A stretch of DNA of 55,035 nt, the filler included, from Sphacelaria rigidula (Eukaryota): the NCBI GenBank assembly GCA_964200075.2. It is 6 parts of 6 records of this genome, joined end to end, with 100 filler letters (N's around TTAATTAATTAA, not from the genome) between each part and the next. Parts side by side here need not be neighbours in the genome. Positions count along the whole stretch, not along the records: positions 18,381 to 27,470 come from CAXNAA020009331.1; positions 27,571 to 36,659 come from CAXNAA020009332.1; positions 36,760 to 45,847 come from CAXNAA020009333.1; 3 more parts are not named here. The stretch is one strand, 5' to 3'. A program made the position numbers and the translations under genes. Below are positions 24,167 to 37,486 of this stretch, one piece after another. The notes beneath the pieces were generated by a model. That model made no database searches. It saw only the letters and a list, made by a program, of their open reading frames with translations, and was not told where the DNA came from. How positions within the stretch are numbered: position 1 is the stretch's first letter; every line of letters begins with the position of its first letter.

Positions 24167-24598
24167 TACCAAACTCTACGGCGTACGTGAAGAAGAAACA
24201 ACGCCGCCATCTGTAATATGGACTGCACCGTCGGGCGATGTACCAGACTCCACGTCAAAACAAACAGCGCCGCTACCTGCAGTGGGGATTGCTTCGTCGA
24301 GCGGAGTGCCACATGAACCATTTCCCACGTAGAGTCTGGCACTTCGCCCAATGAAGCAATCCCCACTGCAGGTGGCTGCCCTTTCGCGCGTGAACGTCTG
24401 GTACTTCGCTCGAGGAGGTGATCCGTACTGCAGGTAGCGGCCTTTCCCCTCCCCAGGTAGAGTCCTGCGCTTCGCCCGAAGCAATCCCCGTTGCAGGTAG
24501 CGGCGCTGTTTGTTTTGACGTGAAGTCTGGTACTTCGCGCGACAGCGTAGTCCATACTACGGACAGCGGCGTTATTTCTTCCGATGTGGAGTCATGGT
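24167..24598. repeat. Fold-back element built from about 60-bp subunits
   Basis: GTACCAGACTCCACGTCAAAACAAACAGCGCCGCTACCTGCAGTGGGGATTGCTTC inverted at about 24478-24533. Internal repeats of GTCTGG(C/T)ACTTCGC...CTGCAGGT. Confidence 0.75.
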
Positions 24599-26773
24599 CT
24601 GCAGCTTACAGCGATATACTTACATCGGGCTGAGTCGACAAGCTGAAGAAGTTATCGTGTGCTCGCGATATGCACGTTATATGGCCGGCCCAGCTTGTAC
24701 TAGCGCCAGCAGAGGACGCGAGAAAATTCTGGTTGTATCACGGTGTTGGCTTGCTCATGAGGGTAATTATGGTTCCAAATATGTTTCTATCGGATCAGTT
24801 TTGCGTTTTGTAATCAGTGGTGAAATCCTTTTGGGTCATTCACTCTGAACCAGTCTGTAGGTGAAAAGTGTTTCGTTTGCTGACATTGCAGCAGCAGTGG
24901 TAGCCAGCGTGTACCGCTTGCAATTCACATACTCTATGTTTTTCAAACGAGTGTGTAATCTCAGGTCAAGCCATCGCACTCATAGTACAGTACACGTCTT
25001 ACATTTTGCTGTCGACAATTGGATCAGCACTCGTGCACCATGTCGACTCTGTCCAAGTAAACTTCCCTTCGGCTACTCATGCCTTCGCCTATTCTACGAC
25101 GGGAATCAGATGATTCTTGAAGGAATGAGAGAAAACAGAACATGTCCTCGATGAAAGTGGCTCAGTGGTGATGCATCTTTACTTGGCTTGGCTCAAAACC
25201 GGTCGATTGATGTCTTGCACTAGTTTCTGTACAATTGCCCTACATATCCACCTGTTTCACGTAAGACCGCTTCTACATGTCCCACGAAAAGCCTCTCCTG
25301 GCGATTCATGGGCGATTTTCGCCGCAATACGGGGTTTAGCGGATTGTGACACCTTGGACAGACTTCCTGTACTCCCGTGAGGATTCTAGCGCGCTTGTCC
25401 TATTTTTCATACGCCAAGTTTTACTTCTTGCTGAATTTTTTTTTATTCCCTGCAACAGTCCACACAAACGTGGTTGTTTCTCAAGGGTTTCTCCGGCAAC
25501 ATATCCGAGAAACACGGTTTGTTTTGGACAGTTTGAGAAATCGCCTGTCCGGCCAAGAGTCACACTGGGCGCATGAAAATGTCGGAAGTTGCGCCAGAAT
25601 CCTCACGGAAAGTGCAGTGAACTTTTCCGAGGTGACTAAGTACAATCCGCCAAGCCCTGGAAATCGGCGAAAATCGGTCCTGAACCGCCAAGATGAGCCA
25701 TGTTTTTGGATACGACTTTTTTGCAAACAGCATAAAAATCAGCCTGGATACTTGGTGGACGTGTGCCATGTCAGGTGAACAAAAGTTCCGATGCCTCAGG
25801 AACCATGGGTGATTTTGGGCGATCTGGGTGGGGCCGCAGTAGAAGTGTCAAGACCATTCGAGTCATGAAATCAGGGCCCACGGCGACCAGCACCGGATAA
25901 ATTACAGTTGATCCAAGTAGCTTGAACTCTGACCAAAACAGTTGCAATGCTCGCCCCTCGAACAGTGCTCAATAGCCCTCATGATGGCCGTCACTTTACC
26001 GCGTTACGTGATGGTGTGTGCTTGTGTTGACATCGATCCTTCGAACCGTCAACATACGTGCGAGGTTGCGGCGACTATTTTTCCGAAGATTTCATACACT
26101 ACTAAAACTACAAACTCCGGGGCGGCATGGCTGCATCATTGTCTGCACACGCACACACACGTCATGTTCGCCCAATATGCGATCAAACGTACTCGATCAA
26201 GGCACGTTGTATTCCAGGAGGGAATGATGGCCCTCTGTGCATGTGCACGCGTTCTATTATCGGCGTTTGTGCGAGGATACTGCATGCCCTGCAAGGTTAG
26301 GCTTTTCTCGCCAATTTTGAAACAAATTGTCCCATCTTTGTTTATTTCGTTTCCAGCAAAGGCTGGGTGCGGTCTTCCTGGAGTTGGTATATTCGTGAGC
26401 GGTTTGATTTTGTGGAAATTGACCTCGATTTTGGTTGAAAATTAGCGTCTGTTGATCGTGCTCCAAATGACATCTAAGCGAAGTTTCAGCGCCGTGCAGC
26501 TCCTACAGCGCGTGTACGGCGGTAGCTCTGAATGGCGCGACCTATTTGCAGGTGAGGTATGCAAATAAGAGCGTACTGGTCGCGAACGCCTCCAGAATCA
26601 AATCTACGACAAAGCCTATCTCGAATCGAAATACTGCACACACGAAGTAACGGTTAGTCGCACTCCACAGCAGTCCACAGCAGGGCAATGAAAAAAATCG
26701 GGGGAGATGCGGGAGTGTCTCGATTTGAGCAGAAAGGTGATGTATCGGAAGCCAACGCAAAGAACATTGCCCA

Positions 26774-27044
26774 ACGTAAGGGGCCCCATATCGGGAAATG
26801 GCTGCACCGCCGCAATACTAACTCTAAGTAATTAAATGTGATTGACGTGAGAGTGATACACGTGCGGTGCAGTACATATAGCACTATCGCCATCATCCAG
26901 CGATCAGGGGGCACCCCCTCACCCTCACCCCCATAAAATCGGGTACACCCCCCCACCCCCTCTCCGTCAGCCCCAATATGAGAGTATTGCGGCCTGGGGT
27001 CGGTGGTGCAGCCATTTCCCGATATGGGGCCCCCTGCCCTACGT
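26774..27044. mobile_element. MITE with GGGGCCCCATATCGGGAAATGGCTGCACC TIRs
   Basis: TIR present at both ends. Right half recurs at about 53980-54176 and a left end at about 9606-9640. Confidence 0.7.
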
Positions 27045-27470
27045 ACTGGGGTCCGAAAAATCAATCCACGGGAGAAAATCGCCTGTATACGGACTGAAAT
27101 CTCATATTTGTACAAATCCAAATTCGTTGCCATAAAGGTGGGTCTAAGGCTACTCCTCATATATAAAAAAAAAGCCGTTTTCCGACATGATTTTTTGCAG
27201 TAGCCCTTCTTACGTGATAGGCGCTATCAACATTGGAAATCTGTTTTTATCGTTCTCTACAAGGCATTCGGGCATGCTTTCAAATTCTGGGGCGTGCGAG
27301 AGAGACGCAGCACTCTGCTGTCGTGTCGTGGTGTACGTTCCGTACTGACTGTCTTTCTGTACCACTGTAATAGATTACCTTTCCAATACATGGTTGTTTG
27401 CGTGACCTTATTATTATTATTATTATTATATCCATCACATTAGCTCGATCTCTCGAACCCGTGGTCACAG

Positions 27471-27570
27471 NNNNNNNNNNNNNNNNNNNNNNNNNNNNNN
27501 NNNNNNNNNNNNNNTTAATTAATTAANNNNNNNNNNNNNNNNNNNNNNNNNNNNNNNNNNNNNNNNNNNN
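27471..27570. other. Artificial contig linker
   Basis: 44N-TTAATTAATTAA-44N. Confidence 0.97.
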
Positions 27571-28823
27571 CCCCGAAGGGGAGGCGGGGTCAATGGTCAA
27601 ACGCCTAAGACAAGCAAACAATGCGTACCCCCCCCCCCCCCGCCCGCCCGCCCCCCTATTTTCTGTCCATCAGTCGACATTGAAAATGTTGTCAAACTAC
27701 CGGTACCGATTGTACGTGATCATTACGGCGGATTTGATCCGATCATCTGAAGCCTTCTCCTGCTGGGAGTTCAAGCACCCCCTCAAAATACCAAACACTC
27801 GCTTCCTAGACACGAACGGTGGGTGGATAAGTACAATATCAATCGCCATGAGATACCAACTGGGAAGCCTGTTCTTGTCGTCGTCACCAAACGACAGCGA
27901 ACCGTACTCTGAGTGCGCGCCTGGGACCGCGACTAAAAAGTTGTCCTTCTCGAACAGTAGGCCCGCCATGACCTCGGGAATTATAAAGGGGAAAGGGGTA
28001 AACAGCAAGTTGGCGGACCTCGTTTCTGGTGTAGCTTGCGTGCTGCTCCATATAACCGGAGTCGATGAGCTTGGCTGTTTCATTTACCATCACATCTCAC
28101 TGCTGCGGCTGCTGTACTACAACTGTACGCTGTACAAGTGTACCAGTCTGGATCACATTTTTAAAGATAACATAGTACCACGTATATAGAAATTAGACTG
28201 GAACGTTTTGCTGATCAGATTCGCAACAAGAGAGGAACACGAGACACGACCATCAAAGTTTGAAATATTGAAGCCTGAAGCCTGAAGCCTGTGGGCCTGT
28301 CTGGTGACGAGTCACGCCACATGAAGCACTTGCGAGCAGCCGCTAGAGTGGCTGCAGGAGGCGCGTTCAAAACTATCGCAACTTAACGCGCGTTTGAAGG
28401 ATACTGAGCTCCTTGTAAGCTTTGAAAAAAAGCTTATCTAAGCGAAAAGAAAACAATTTGAGCTTGATTTTATGCGTGCACACGGAACAAGAGCCTGATA
28501 CTACTCCGAAATAATAAACCTTTTGCATATCAGCTCATCCGCCTGCTGCGCAACCTACCAAAGGTGTATTCAGCAGGTTCGCACGCTTACCGCCAAATCC
28601 GAGTGGTTACGTGTGTGTTGAAAATATTGCACACATTCTTGGAGGATGAACAAATATCATATTTCGCACATGTTTTGAAGTGGTGACTCGTACGGTGCGG
28701 CTATTCGGAACAATATCCCTCGCCATTGATTATACCTTGGGAGTCTTTGCGACACAATCCCCATCGTTGCTCCGCACTGTGCGACTCTTACGAACATTTC
28801 CCCCACCCTTGATTTGAACGATA

Positions 28824-30105
28824 CGAGGGCAGGTCGAGCAGAGCATACTCAATACTCAGTATTTTCCAAGAGTCATACTTTTAGTGCTCAAATGTCTAAA
28901 GAGTATTTTAGGTCGTACTTAATCTACTCAAAATGTTGAGTATTGAGGTCATACTCAAGTGGTACTCTATACTCGAGTATTACTGAGAGTGCTTACTCAA
29001 TATTTGAGTAAAGTAGTTGACGTCGTACTCCATCTACTCAAAGTTTGAGTAGAGTATTTGAGGCCATGCTCGACCTACTCAGAATTTGAGTAGAGTATTT
29101 GAGGCCGTACTCGACCTACTCAGAATTTGAGTAAAGTATTGAAGGTCGTACTCGATCTACTGAAAAAATGAGTAGAGATTTGAGGCCATACTCGATCAAC
29201 TCAAAGTTTGAGTAGAGTATTTGAGGTCGTACTCGACCTACTCAAACTTCGAGTGGAGTATTTGAGGCCGTACTCGACCTACTCAAAATTCGAGTTGAGC
29301 ATTTGCGGTCATATACCCAATCTACCCGAAAGTTGGGTAGCGTATCTGAGGCTGGACCCGATGTACCGAAAGCCTATAACTTCAACTTCAGTATTCAAGT
29401 TCGTACGCAAGATACTCAAACTTGGGTAGGGGAAATACCGAGGTTTTCCCAGAGTTGCCCACCCATGGTTAGTGCTGATTCAAGATCGAACTTCAGCAAA
29501 CATTCGGATACAGTATATTCGGGAAAGCATTTGGATCAGAACCACATGGTACAAGATTAGGGTAGCATGAATATTGGGGTATTGTCAAAAGGCGTTCGGA
29601 TTGAACCGTAAACTTGCTGCACGGCGCCAGCATATCGAATGCGTTGCGAGGTATCGAGTATGTACTGCCGTGGGTGGGGGCTGGTAGGATGGGGCGCTGA
29701 GGCAGGTAGGTTCACTGTTCATTCACCCGACGCTTTTTCATTTTTTGATGGCCATCGTTCGCCCATGTATTCGACAGCCTGTGAAGTGACTTCACGAAGT
29801 CGCCGACAGTCACGGGTACTCATGATACCCAAGTGATACTCTATACTCAAGTATTACCGAGAGTCCTTACTCAAAAATTGAGCAGAGTATTAGAGGTCGT
29901 ACTCGATCTACTCAAAATTGAAGTAAAGTATGTGAGACCGCGTACTCGACCTACTCAAAATTTGAGTAGAGTATTGAGGTCATACTCAAGTGATACTCTA
30001 TACTCAAGTATTACTGAGAGTGCTTACTCAATATTTGAGTAGAGTAAATACTCGAGTATTTTACTCAAGTAGTCAAAAGTACATACTCTACTCGACCTGC
30101 CCTTG
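28824..30105. mobile_element. hAT-type non-autonomous element with 41-bp subterminal tandem arrays
   Basis: TIR CGAGGGCAGGTCGAG / CTCGACCTGCCCTTG. Perfect 8-bp TSD GAACGATA (28816-28823 / 30106-30113). Unit TACTCGACCTACTCAGAATTTGAGTAGAGTATTTGAGGCCG. Confidence 0.88.
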
Positions 30106-32194
30106 GAACGATACAACTCTGCAGCACTTTTCGCGACTTGTGATCCGTGCGGTATGACTCTTCTAACATTACCCCCACTCGTGATTCGTACAAGTACTGC
30201 GCAGCTCTTCCCAACATTGTATTTGCTTGCAGTTTCTCCGGTCCGATTTGATCGTCGAGAAAACACCGTGTACTCTACGCCATGTGTTCTCCAACGGCGC
30301 TACCCTGTGCATGAGTCTTACTCCAGCCTCAACTTTGGTATCCGCTGATGACGACCAAGCCGTCGCCATCCGAGCTAATCTGACAGTCAGTCCCGATCTG
30401 TATACCGAAGATCCTGGTACGCTCCGATCCTTCACCTCTTTTCCAACATCGTCCCGACTTGAGATTCGTGCAACTTCCGTTCTCTCGAGGTTGGCAAAAT
30501 TTGCGGACTTCTGAACAAGTGCCTTCTCTCAGAAGGTGTCTGTGTTCAGTGTCTCTGCATGTAGACGAATATGCGAACCCGTCTTTCCCAAGACGTATAG
30601 CAAATCTGGGTTGGTCCCTAATCTCTGGAGCGGCCTCCACGCCCACAGTGTAACTACTGCACAGCGCTGTACTGATTCGCCGCGCGCATGTGTATACACA
30701 CTGCAAGTGTCACGTCCAATACATCGACTCTGATTCGATGGCGTTGGCTGTATACAGCAGCAGTTAAGGAGCACCGTCAAACGGGCTTCATGGCTGTTGA
30801 TGGGCCACGGTTGCCAATGTCATGACTAAAGTTTGCAGCTGCCCGACGCATGTGACGATGCACGATCGAGGCACGTCCACGGTACTTGAACGAGCCGTAG
30901 GTGCTACAAGTGCTGCTGTACCGTACTGTTTTGGGACTGCTGCATCTGGCAGAGGCGAGCGATATTTCCTGAGCACAGAGAAGACGAAATATAGTTCTCC
31001 TGTAACGACTGCCCCAGAGCGCACCCTGATGGCTCCCGGCGCTCACCATTATTTATCCCGAATCTGCATCGTGGTACAAGATGATTCCGGGATATCAGCG
31101 CTACGCTGGACGTTCGCATATATGACACGCCTCGGCCCCAGCACCATACCGGCCCGCCGGTCATATCGCCGTCAGCAGGGTTATGAGCAGAGTGCAAGGT
31201 TACCATTATGGGTAGGAATGGGGCCGAATTTGGGTACTATATTCCTGGAAAGTGCAAGCTGAACACTAAATGCGTCAGAAGTGGTCCGTAATCCAACGAA
31301 TCATATCAATGAAAAATACACCCGTCACCTACAAGTAACGATGTGACTTATATCAAATGAACTATATTTCTAGTACATTTATTCAAGCTTGGGGAGTGGT
31401 CGGTGTTGAGGTGATCATGTTCCTCCGGAAAGCTCGCTCCACATCAGTAGATGGACAATCTTGTTGCACTAGCTAGTGTCCTGCTTCTGTCTGTACCACT
31501 CGGGAAGCACACGCCCCCGAGTTGCCACCCCACGTTTACCATCACTGCGAAGATAACTAGTCAAGAATACGAACAGCAGCTGTTGTGGCCGCCACACACC
31601 GACGAAACTGCAGCGAAAGGCGTGCCTGACATAGTGCTAAAACGAGAAGGTACGGAAATTTTGGAGATCATGAGCAGCAGCGTCGCGCATGTGAAAACTA
31701 CTGAAGACGATATTGATAATGTTGACGATCAAGAGGTTCACGCTGTGCTTGTCCTACACACAGCTGTGACTGCGAGATTAGAGAGTGAATTTATCATGAG
31801 CCCCACGGGGTCAGGGTCATGGCATGGGTGGAAGGAATTCCATCTTGTCAGTCGCGTGGGCACGGTCTGGCACACCCTGTCCAGATCAACGTGTTCATCA
31901 TTTGCCCCCTAATTTCAAAATCTCGTAAGGGACGAAGTCGGACAAACGTGACAGAAAACAATTGTGAGACCGGCAGAGACGGGATGGATGGTGATATAGG
32001 AGGGGGCGACGCTCCTCAAATGAGGTGAATTGTTCAGCCACCGACTGTGCTCCTTCCCGCCTGTGTAGTGTCCTGTTTCAACAGCAAGTTGGCTAAAGTC
32101 GCATCGCTTACATGTTTTTGCAGTATGAACAGGCAGTCATGAAATCATGACTGCTCTGCCGACCCGGTGATAAATGGCCAATGCGTCATCGAAA

Positions 32195-32950
32195 ACAAAA
32201 ATCGCTCTAGACGCCTTGGGTTCTGCCTCGAAACCGTCTGCCACAAGACAGCCGTATTTCATCTCTGAACTCGCCCTCTACGAGTCAAGGGATGGAAGGG
32301 TATTCGCTCGTGATACGTTAAATTGTCTTTTGAGCACATTCCCACAGAACAGAGCAGCACATGGCGGACCGCCACCGAAGCAAATATTATGACATTGATT
32401 GGTGACAAAGAAGAACATTAGGTCGAATATGCAAGTTGACGCAAATCGCATGGTGCAAATATTCTTTTCAGTATGTCTCGGCAGTCACTTGAAATATCGT
32501 GGCGCTGCCGACCTGGGCATACATAGTGCGTAGTCTCAAATAAAAATCGCTCTTCGTGCCTTGGCTTCTCCGCTGGAACCCTCAGACACAACAGCCGAAG
32601 TTCATGTGTGACCTTGCCCTCTTCAACTCAATACATGAAGGATACTCGCTGTTGAAAGGCGAATTTGCCCTTTGTGCACAGCCGTACAGAACGAAGCAGC
32701 ATTTGGTGGCACTTACTAAATACATGACCGCAGTCGCCGGCAGATGTAAGGCAGTGCACACACTAAAATCGCTCTCAACGCCTTGGCTTCTGCACTGGAG
32801 CCCTGACACAAAGCAGCCGCCAGCTTTGTCTTTCTTCTGTGAACTCTCCCTCCGTAACTCGACACTTGAAAGGATGCTCGCCGTTGAAAGGCGAAATTAC
32901 CCTATGTGCACAGCCGCACAGAACAAAGCAGCGCGTGGTGGCACGTAACC
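32195..32950. repeat. Degenerate repeat, three copies (last two adjacent, about 220-bp period)
   Basis: AAAATCGCTCT..GCCTTGG..CAGCCG..CACAGAAC..AGCAGC recurs at about 32198, 32544 and 32765. Confidence 0.6.
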
Positions 32951-33335
32951 AAACTGCATGTCGTCACAACTTGCTCGGGGCAATAACAAAAACATGCGCA
33001 CCGATGTTTTGGAATTTGTCATCTTCGACCTCGAAAGACGCTACTGATCCCCAACCCAAAAGTGCCGACCGCGCAACGCTTACAACTCGGCAACGAAGCA
33101 GAGGATTGGATAGCGGTTTCTTGCGTGCGCTGCTCACACACCCAAGCTATAGGTCACGTAGTTATTTTTTTGCGTTTGCGCGTGATACTGGGTCGCAAAG
33201 AACCCAAATATACTAAAATACGATGTTTTCCGCTCGGGGGGGGGGGGGGGGGGGGGGGGGGTGTTGGTTGCTATTTTCGGGGGGAGGTGANNNNNNNNNN
33301 CAGGGGTGGGGCGGTGTGTGGTGGTTGTGGTGTGT

Positions 33336-33368
<33 letters not shown>

Positions 33369-33419
33369 TCTGGTCCACTGTTGCAACTTGAGCTAAATGT
33401 GTAAGCAGTTACCCTAGAT

Positions 33420-33675
33420 CGTGTGGTATGCGGGGGGCTGTCAAGTGCCGTGGGCCGGCTTGCTTTGTCTGTCGAGAGCCGCGCGATCTCCAGTGCTACA
33501 GCTTTCCGATACTAACCCGAGTTCATAAGTGATTAAGCATGTGTTCTATTCGTGAGGGCCTCGGCATAGGTCCGACCACCCACTGACATGTTCAATATTC
33601 CTCCGCGTCATTATTTTTTTCAAACTTCGTGTAGATGTTTGGTCGTAAGGGCCTCCATTCCTACCCATAACTGTA
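33420..33675 (-). mobile_element. SINE-like body type 2, second copy
   Basis: Colinear similarity with 17970-18210. Confidence 0.6.
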
Positions 33676-34200
33676 CGCAATTGTTATACATGGGAACATT
33701 TAAATTATGATTCGCCCGTTTCTACGATTTGCACGTGTCGTTCATGTCATCCGTGCAAAAATTGTGATTCGCACATGTTTTTGAACTCGTGATTCGTACG
33801 CCATGATTGATACCCACCCCTTGCCCGTCCTTGACTGGTACGGTACGACTCTTTCGCACTTTTTCCTTCCTTGTGGTTCGCACGGTGCGACTCATGCCAA
33901 CATTTTTACTGCTCGGGAATCGTGCAGCATGATTTTGACAGACGTTTTCCCCGTCCTTGGTTCGTTCATGATGAATCAAACGCGTATTTCCCCCCAACCA
34001 TGGTTCCTCCTATGGGTGAAATATGGTCCAAAAGGGCACGCCCGGTGCCCCTCTTCTCTTGACGCCTCGTTAGTGCCTGGTCGCCATTTTTCGGCAATTT
34101 TTATTCTGTCTTCGAAAGTATTCAGAGTACAATGTCTAGAGTATGTTGCCCTTGTCTTGAAGTGTTTCGGCACAATGCAGTAGATGGCTCAGCTTGTTCA

Positions 34201-34565
34201 CAAGTGCAGGTCGAGTAGAGTATAATCAATACTCGTTATTTTCGAAAAGTCATACGTTTAGTACCCACAATTCAAGTAAAGCACTTGAGGTCGTACTCAA
34301 TCTGCCCAAAATTGAACTAGAGTATTTGAGGTCTTACTCAATCTACTCAAAATCTGAGTAGAGTACTGGGGGTCGTACTCAATCTGCCCAAACTTTGAGT
34401 ATAGTATTTGAGGTCGTACTCAATCTACCCAAATTTTAACTAGAGTATTTAAGGCCGTACCCAATCTACTCAAACTTTGAGTAGAGTGAATACTTTGAGT
34501 AGAGTGAATACTGGGGTTTCTTACCCGGGTATACAAAAGTACATACTTTACTCGACCTGCCCTTG
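34201..34565. mobile_element. Short copy of the hAT-type 41-bp-array element
   Basis: CAAGTGCAGGTCGAG...CTCGACCTGCCCTTG. Degenerate TSD CTTGTTCA / CTTGTTTG. Same 41-bp units. Confidence 0.85.
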
Positions 34566-35712
34566 CTTGTTTGTCATTTTTGTGCATAGATATATGCGGC
34601 TTGTGGCAGCAGGCTGTATCGATGAGAACGTCATCCGGAATACCACCATGACAATCAAGGTGGGATCCTTCAACTACAGCAAGAAAATACATGAGATCAA
34701 CATGGGTAGATTTTCCGGCTTCAGATTCTTGCCAACTGCTTGTGCCGAGAGCTGCGTGTGCTACCAAGTGTGCTACAAAGAAAAAACAACGGTTATCGGC
34801 AATTTCAAAATACTGGAGCTGTTCTAGTTCTCTTAAACCATGCCAAGCAGCCTGGAATAGGGTCACAATCACAAGCCAAATCTCACCGCATATTTGGCAC
34901 CCGTACATACGGCGGTGGGGCCTCGATTCTCTTATAGGTATTCACCGCAGCCAATTTCAGCGTTGACGAGCGGCGGTGTTGAGGCAACCGTGTGGCCGAT
35001 AGATGATACAAGGCAAAACAGGCAGCAAGACATGATGCTCCCACCCATTTGAAATACTTGATCACCAATTTTGAGGCTGATGAGATAAACAAATGTCAAG
35101 GAACGAAAGTACTGCTCTGTATTTTCAAGATTATAGCACTACGATGGCTTGACCTGAATCTAGATGAACCCCAATTTCACACGGTTTAGCTGTACCATCT
35201 GAAAGCTGCTTGATCGGTAAGCAGCTGATGAATTTAGCCCTAAATGTCGCAACCACTTTGGAGGTAGGAAAATGTCGAAGAGACCATGATACCCATAGGC
35301 CGCGACAGTACAGTTTTACTGCAGCCGGTATATCGCCACAGCTTCTGGTTCTGAATACATACACATTTCCCTTCATGTATTGACGTGCATGAGGAAATCG
35401 CCACCGCGGGGGGCAGGCGGAGTGTACGGCTGTGTCGTGCTTTGCTGCCTAGGGTCGCTGGCAGATCAGAGTTAGCGCCACAACGTAGTCAGTGACACCC
35501 CATTATAGAGCTGGGTGCTATAATAGGTCATTAGAGCCAACGCAGCACCGATACAGCTTGACACGGTTCTGGGCAGACAGTCAGCTCCCTTGTGCACCTT
35601 CTCTCAGCAACAACCCCCGGCCAAGATAGCAAACGTAGCCTGCAATATGGAGTGTAATGCATCCGACGCACTCCCGTACACATTTGCCATTATTTCCCTT
35701 GTGGAACATCAG

Positions 35713-36407
35713 GCGGTGATGGGTATATCCAAGGTCATCGAGCGACGTCCCGTAAGCGCAGCGTCATTCGGCCCGCTATGTCACACCCTCTCGCGCTTGG
35801 CGGCGAGCGAGCAGCGTGCGGTGGTAGCTTACGCCGCGAGAGGCATCAAGCTTTTGGTGCTGGACGATTCTATGAGACCACAAGCCACAGTTGCGGGCAT
35901 TCCCAGTGTCTTGGCGGCAGCGTTGCGAGAGTGGGAAGACGACGGACCATGCCTCAGGGAGATCTTAGGGTGAGGCGCACGCGGCAGCGGAGTTTGTTTC
36001 ATCTCGCGGAATCTGTCAAGATAATATGGTATCTCGAAATCGGCTTCAGGGTTGGTTATATAAGTCAAAGGTGCAAAGGTATGATGTGCAATCCGCAGCG
36101 ATTTGCCAATCGGGTGTACCTGGGAAGACACCAACCGACAAGAAGAGAGAAGTAAGACACAGCCGAGAACGTCCGTCGCGACAGCGACGCCGTACAGGTC
36201 CAATTTTTACCCGCTGTGAAGAAAGCCACGTTGAAGGTTCGAGAATCAATCCGTATCGGCACGGTACTACATCATCAAAATGTCGATAAGCTTGACGCAA
36301 CCCTCAACGAAAGTTATCTATCTTGCTCGGATGGCTTCGCAGGGCGCTGCAAACTCTGTGCTGTGACAAGGCCACGGTGCTCGCTGTGGTCAACGCCGGG
36401 GCGGTTG
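35713..36407 (+). CDS. Two internal exons of an armadillo/HEAT-like repeat protein (partial)
   Basis: Exons 35713-35969 and 36343-36407 have canonical sites and matching phase 2: AVMGISKVIE..AARGIKLLVLDDSMRPQATVAGIPSVLAAALRE..CLREILGALQTLCCDKATVLAVVNAGAV. The ALxxL...xxAGAV pattern is ARM-like. Confidence 0.7.
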
Positions 36408-36659
36408 GTGAGTACTACCATACCGACGTCACCCTGGACATCGCTGAAACGCTCCCAGGTTTCGAGCACAAAACTTTCCCGTTTTTTCGGCGTTGGAAGA
36501 GATACGACATAGTTGTTTTTCATCATGATGGTGCAGAATAGACCTGGCGCGTGCTCGCACAGCGTTATGTGTAGTTGAGGATACCAGATACGAGCTGGGC
36601 CAGCCTAGAGGCTGCATGAACGTTTGCAGGCGGATGCGCCGGCCAATATTTGGAGTTAG

Positions 36660-36759
36660 NNNNNNNNNNNNNNNNNNNNNNNNNNNNNNNNNNNNNNNNN
36701 NNNTTAATTAATTAANNNNNNNNNNNNNNNNNNNNNNNNNNNNNNNNNNNNNNNNNNNN
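36660..36759. other. Artificial contig linker
   Basis: 44N-TTAATTAATTAA-44N. Confidence 0.97.
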
Positions 36760-36789
36760 GGATTGAACCCCCACGACTAACTGTTGTGA

Positions 36790-36869
36790 CGGTTAAAGAG
36801 ACAACCAACCAGACTACTGACCAGTCAGCGCTGACTGGTCAGTAGTCTGGTTGGTTGTCTCTTTAACCG
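36790..36869. repeat. Perfect 80-bp palindrome
   Basis: CGGTTAAAGAGACAACCAACCAGACTACTGACCAGTCAGC followed directly by its exact reverse complement. Confidence 0.95.
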
Positions 36870-37486
36870 CCATAAGCTGTACAGGCTGTATTCATGATCT
36901 GGCATGCCATAGTGACGTGACCATTGATCTCGCATCCCTACAAGGCCGGGACGGAGCACGCCGGGTTTTCGCCGGACCAGGCTCGCAATCAATCCCCAAC
37001 CACGAAGCGCCGTGATGTGTTCGGCGAGTCGCAAGACGGGTTGAGCCGCATCTGTCGTGTTGCAAAATACTTTATGGATCGAGGTCGTTTGTACCTTGGC
37101 AGGAACACATCATGGTGTATTCTTACTTGTAGTAATCTATATCGTATCCCGATAGACTCACAACGGATACCCAGTCGATCCAAAGACTAACGACGTGCTG
37201 CAATGCCTTGTTGGCTGCCTAGTGTTATAACACGGTCGATAGGATACAGCAGCACTCTCATTTTTCTGCCAAGGACTGAAATTGGGGGCGAGTATACACT
37301 TTTCAGAGCAATGTTTGCACTCCGATGGCCAACTGGGTTTTTAGCGTACTGCACGCAATTTCCTGAAGTTTCGGAAGAAAAAAGTCACCCACGGGGCTAT
37401 ACATCGTCCATCCTACACAAACCCAAGAGCTAACAAAGCCCGCGGCGGCAGTAGCATGCGATCGGAACTACACTGGAAAGCCCCAC

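Noticed and set aside
28900-30060. CRISPR-like regularly spaced palindromic repeats
   Set aside because: The 41-bp units are contiguous with no unique spacers, lie between TIRs with an 8-bp TSD, and no cas genes are present in a eukaryotic context.
35077-35110. Hammerhead ribozyme core (CTGATGAG...CGAAA)
   Set aside because: The intervening sequence cannot form stem II and no flanking stems were found.
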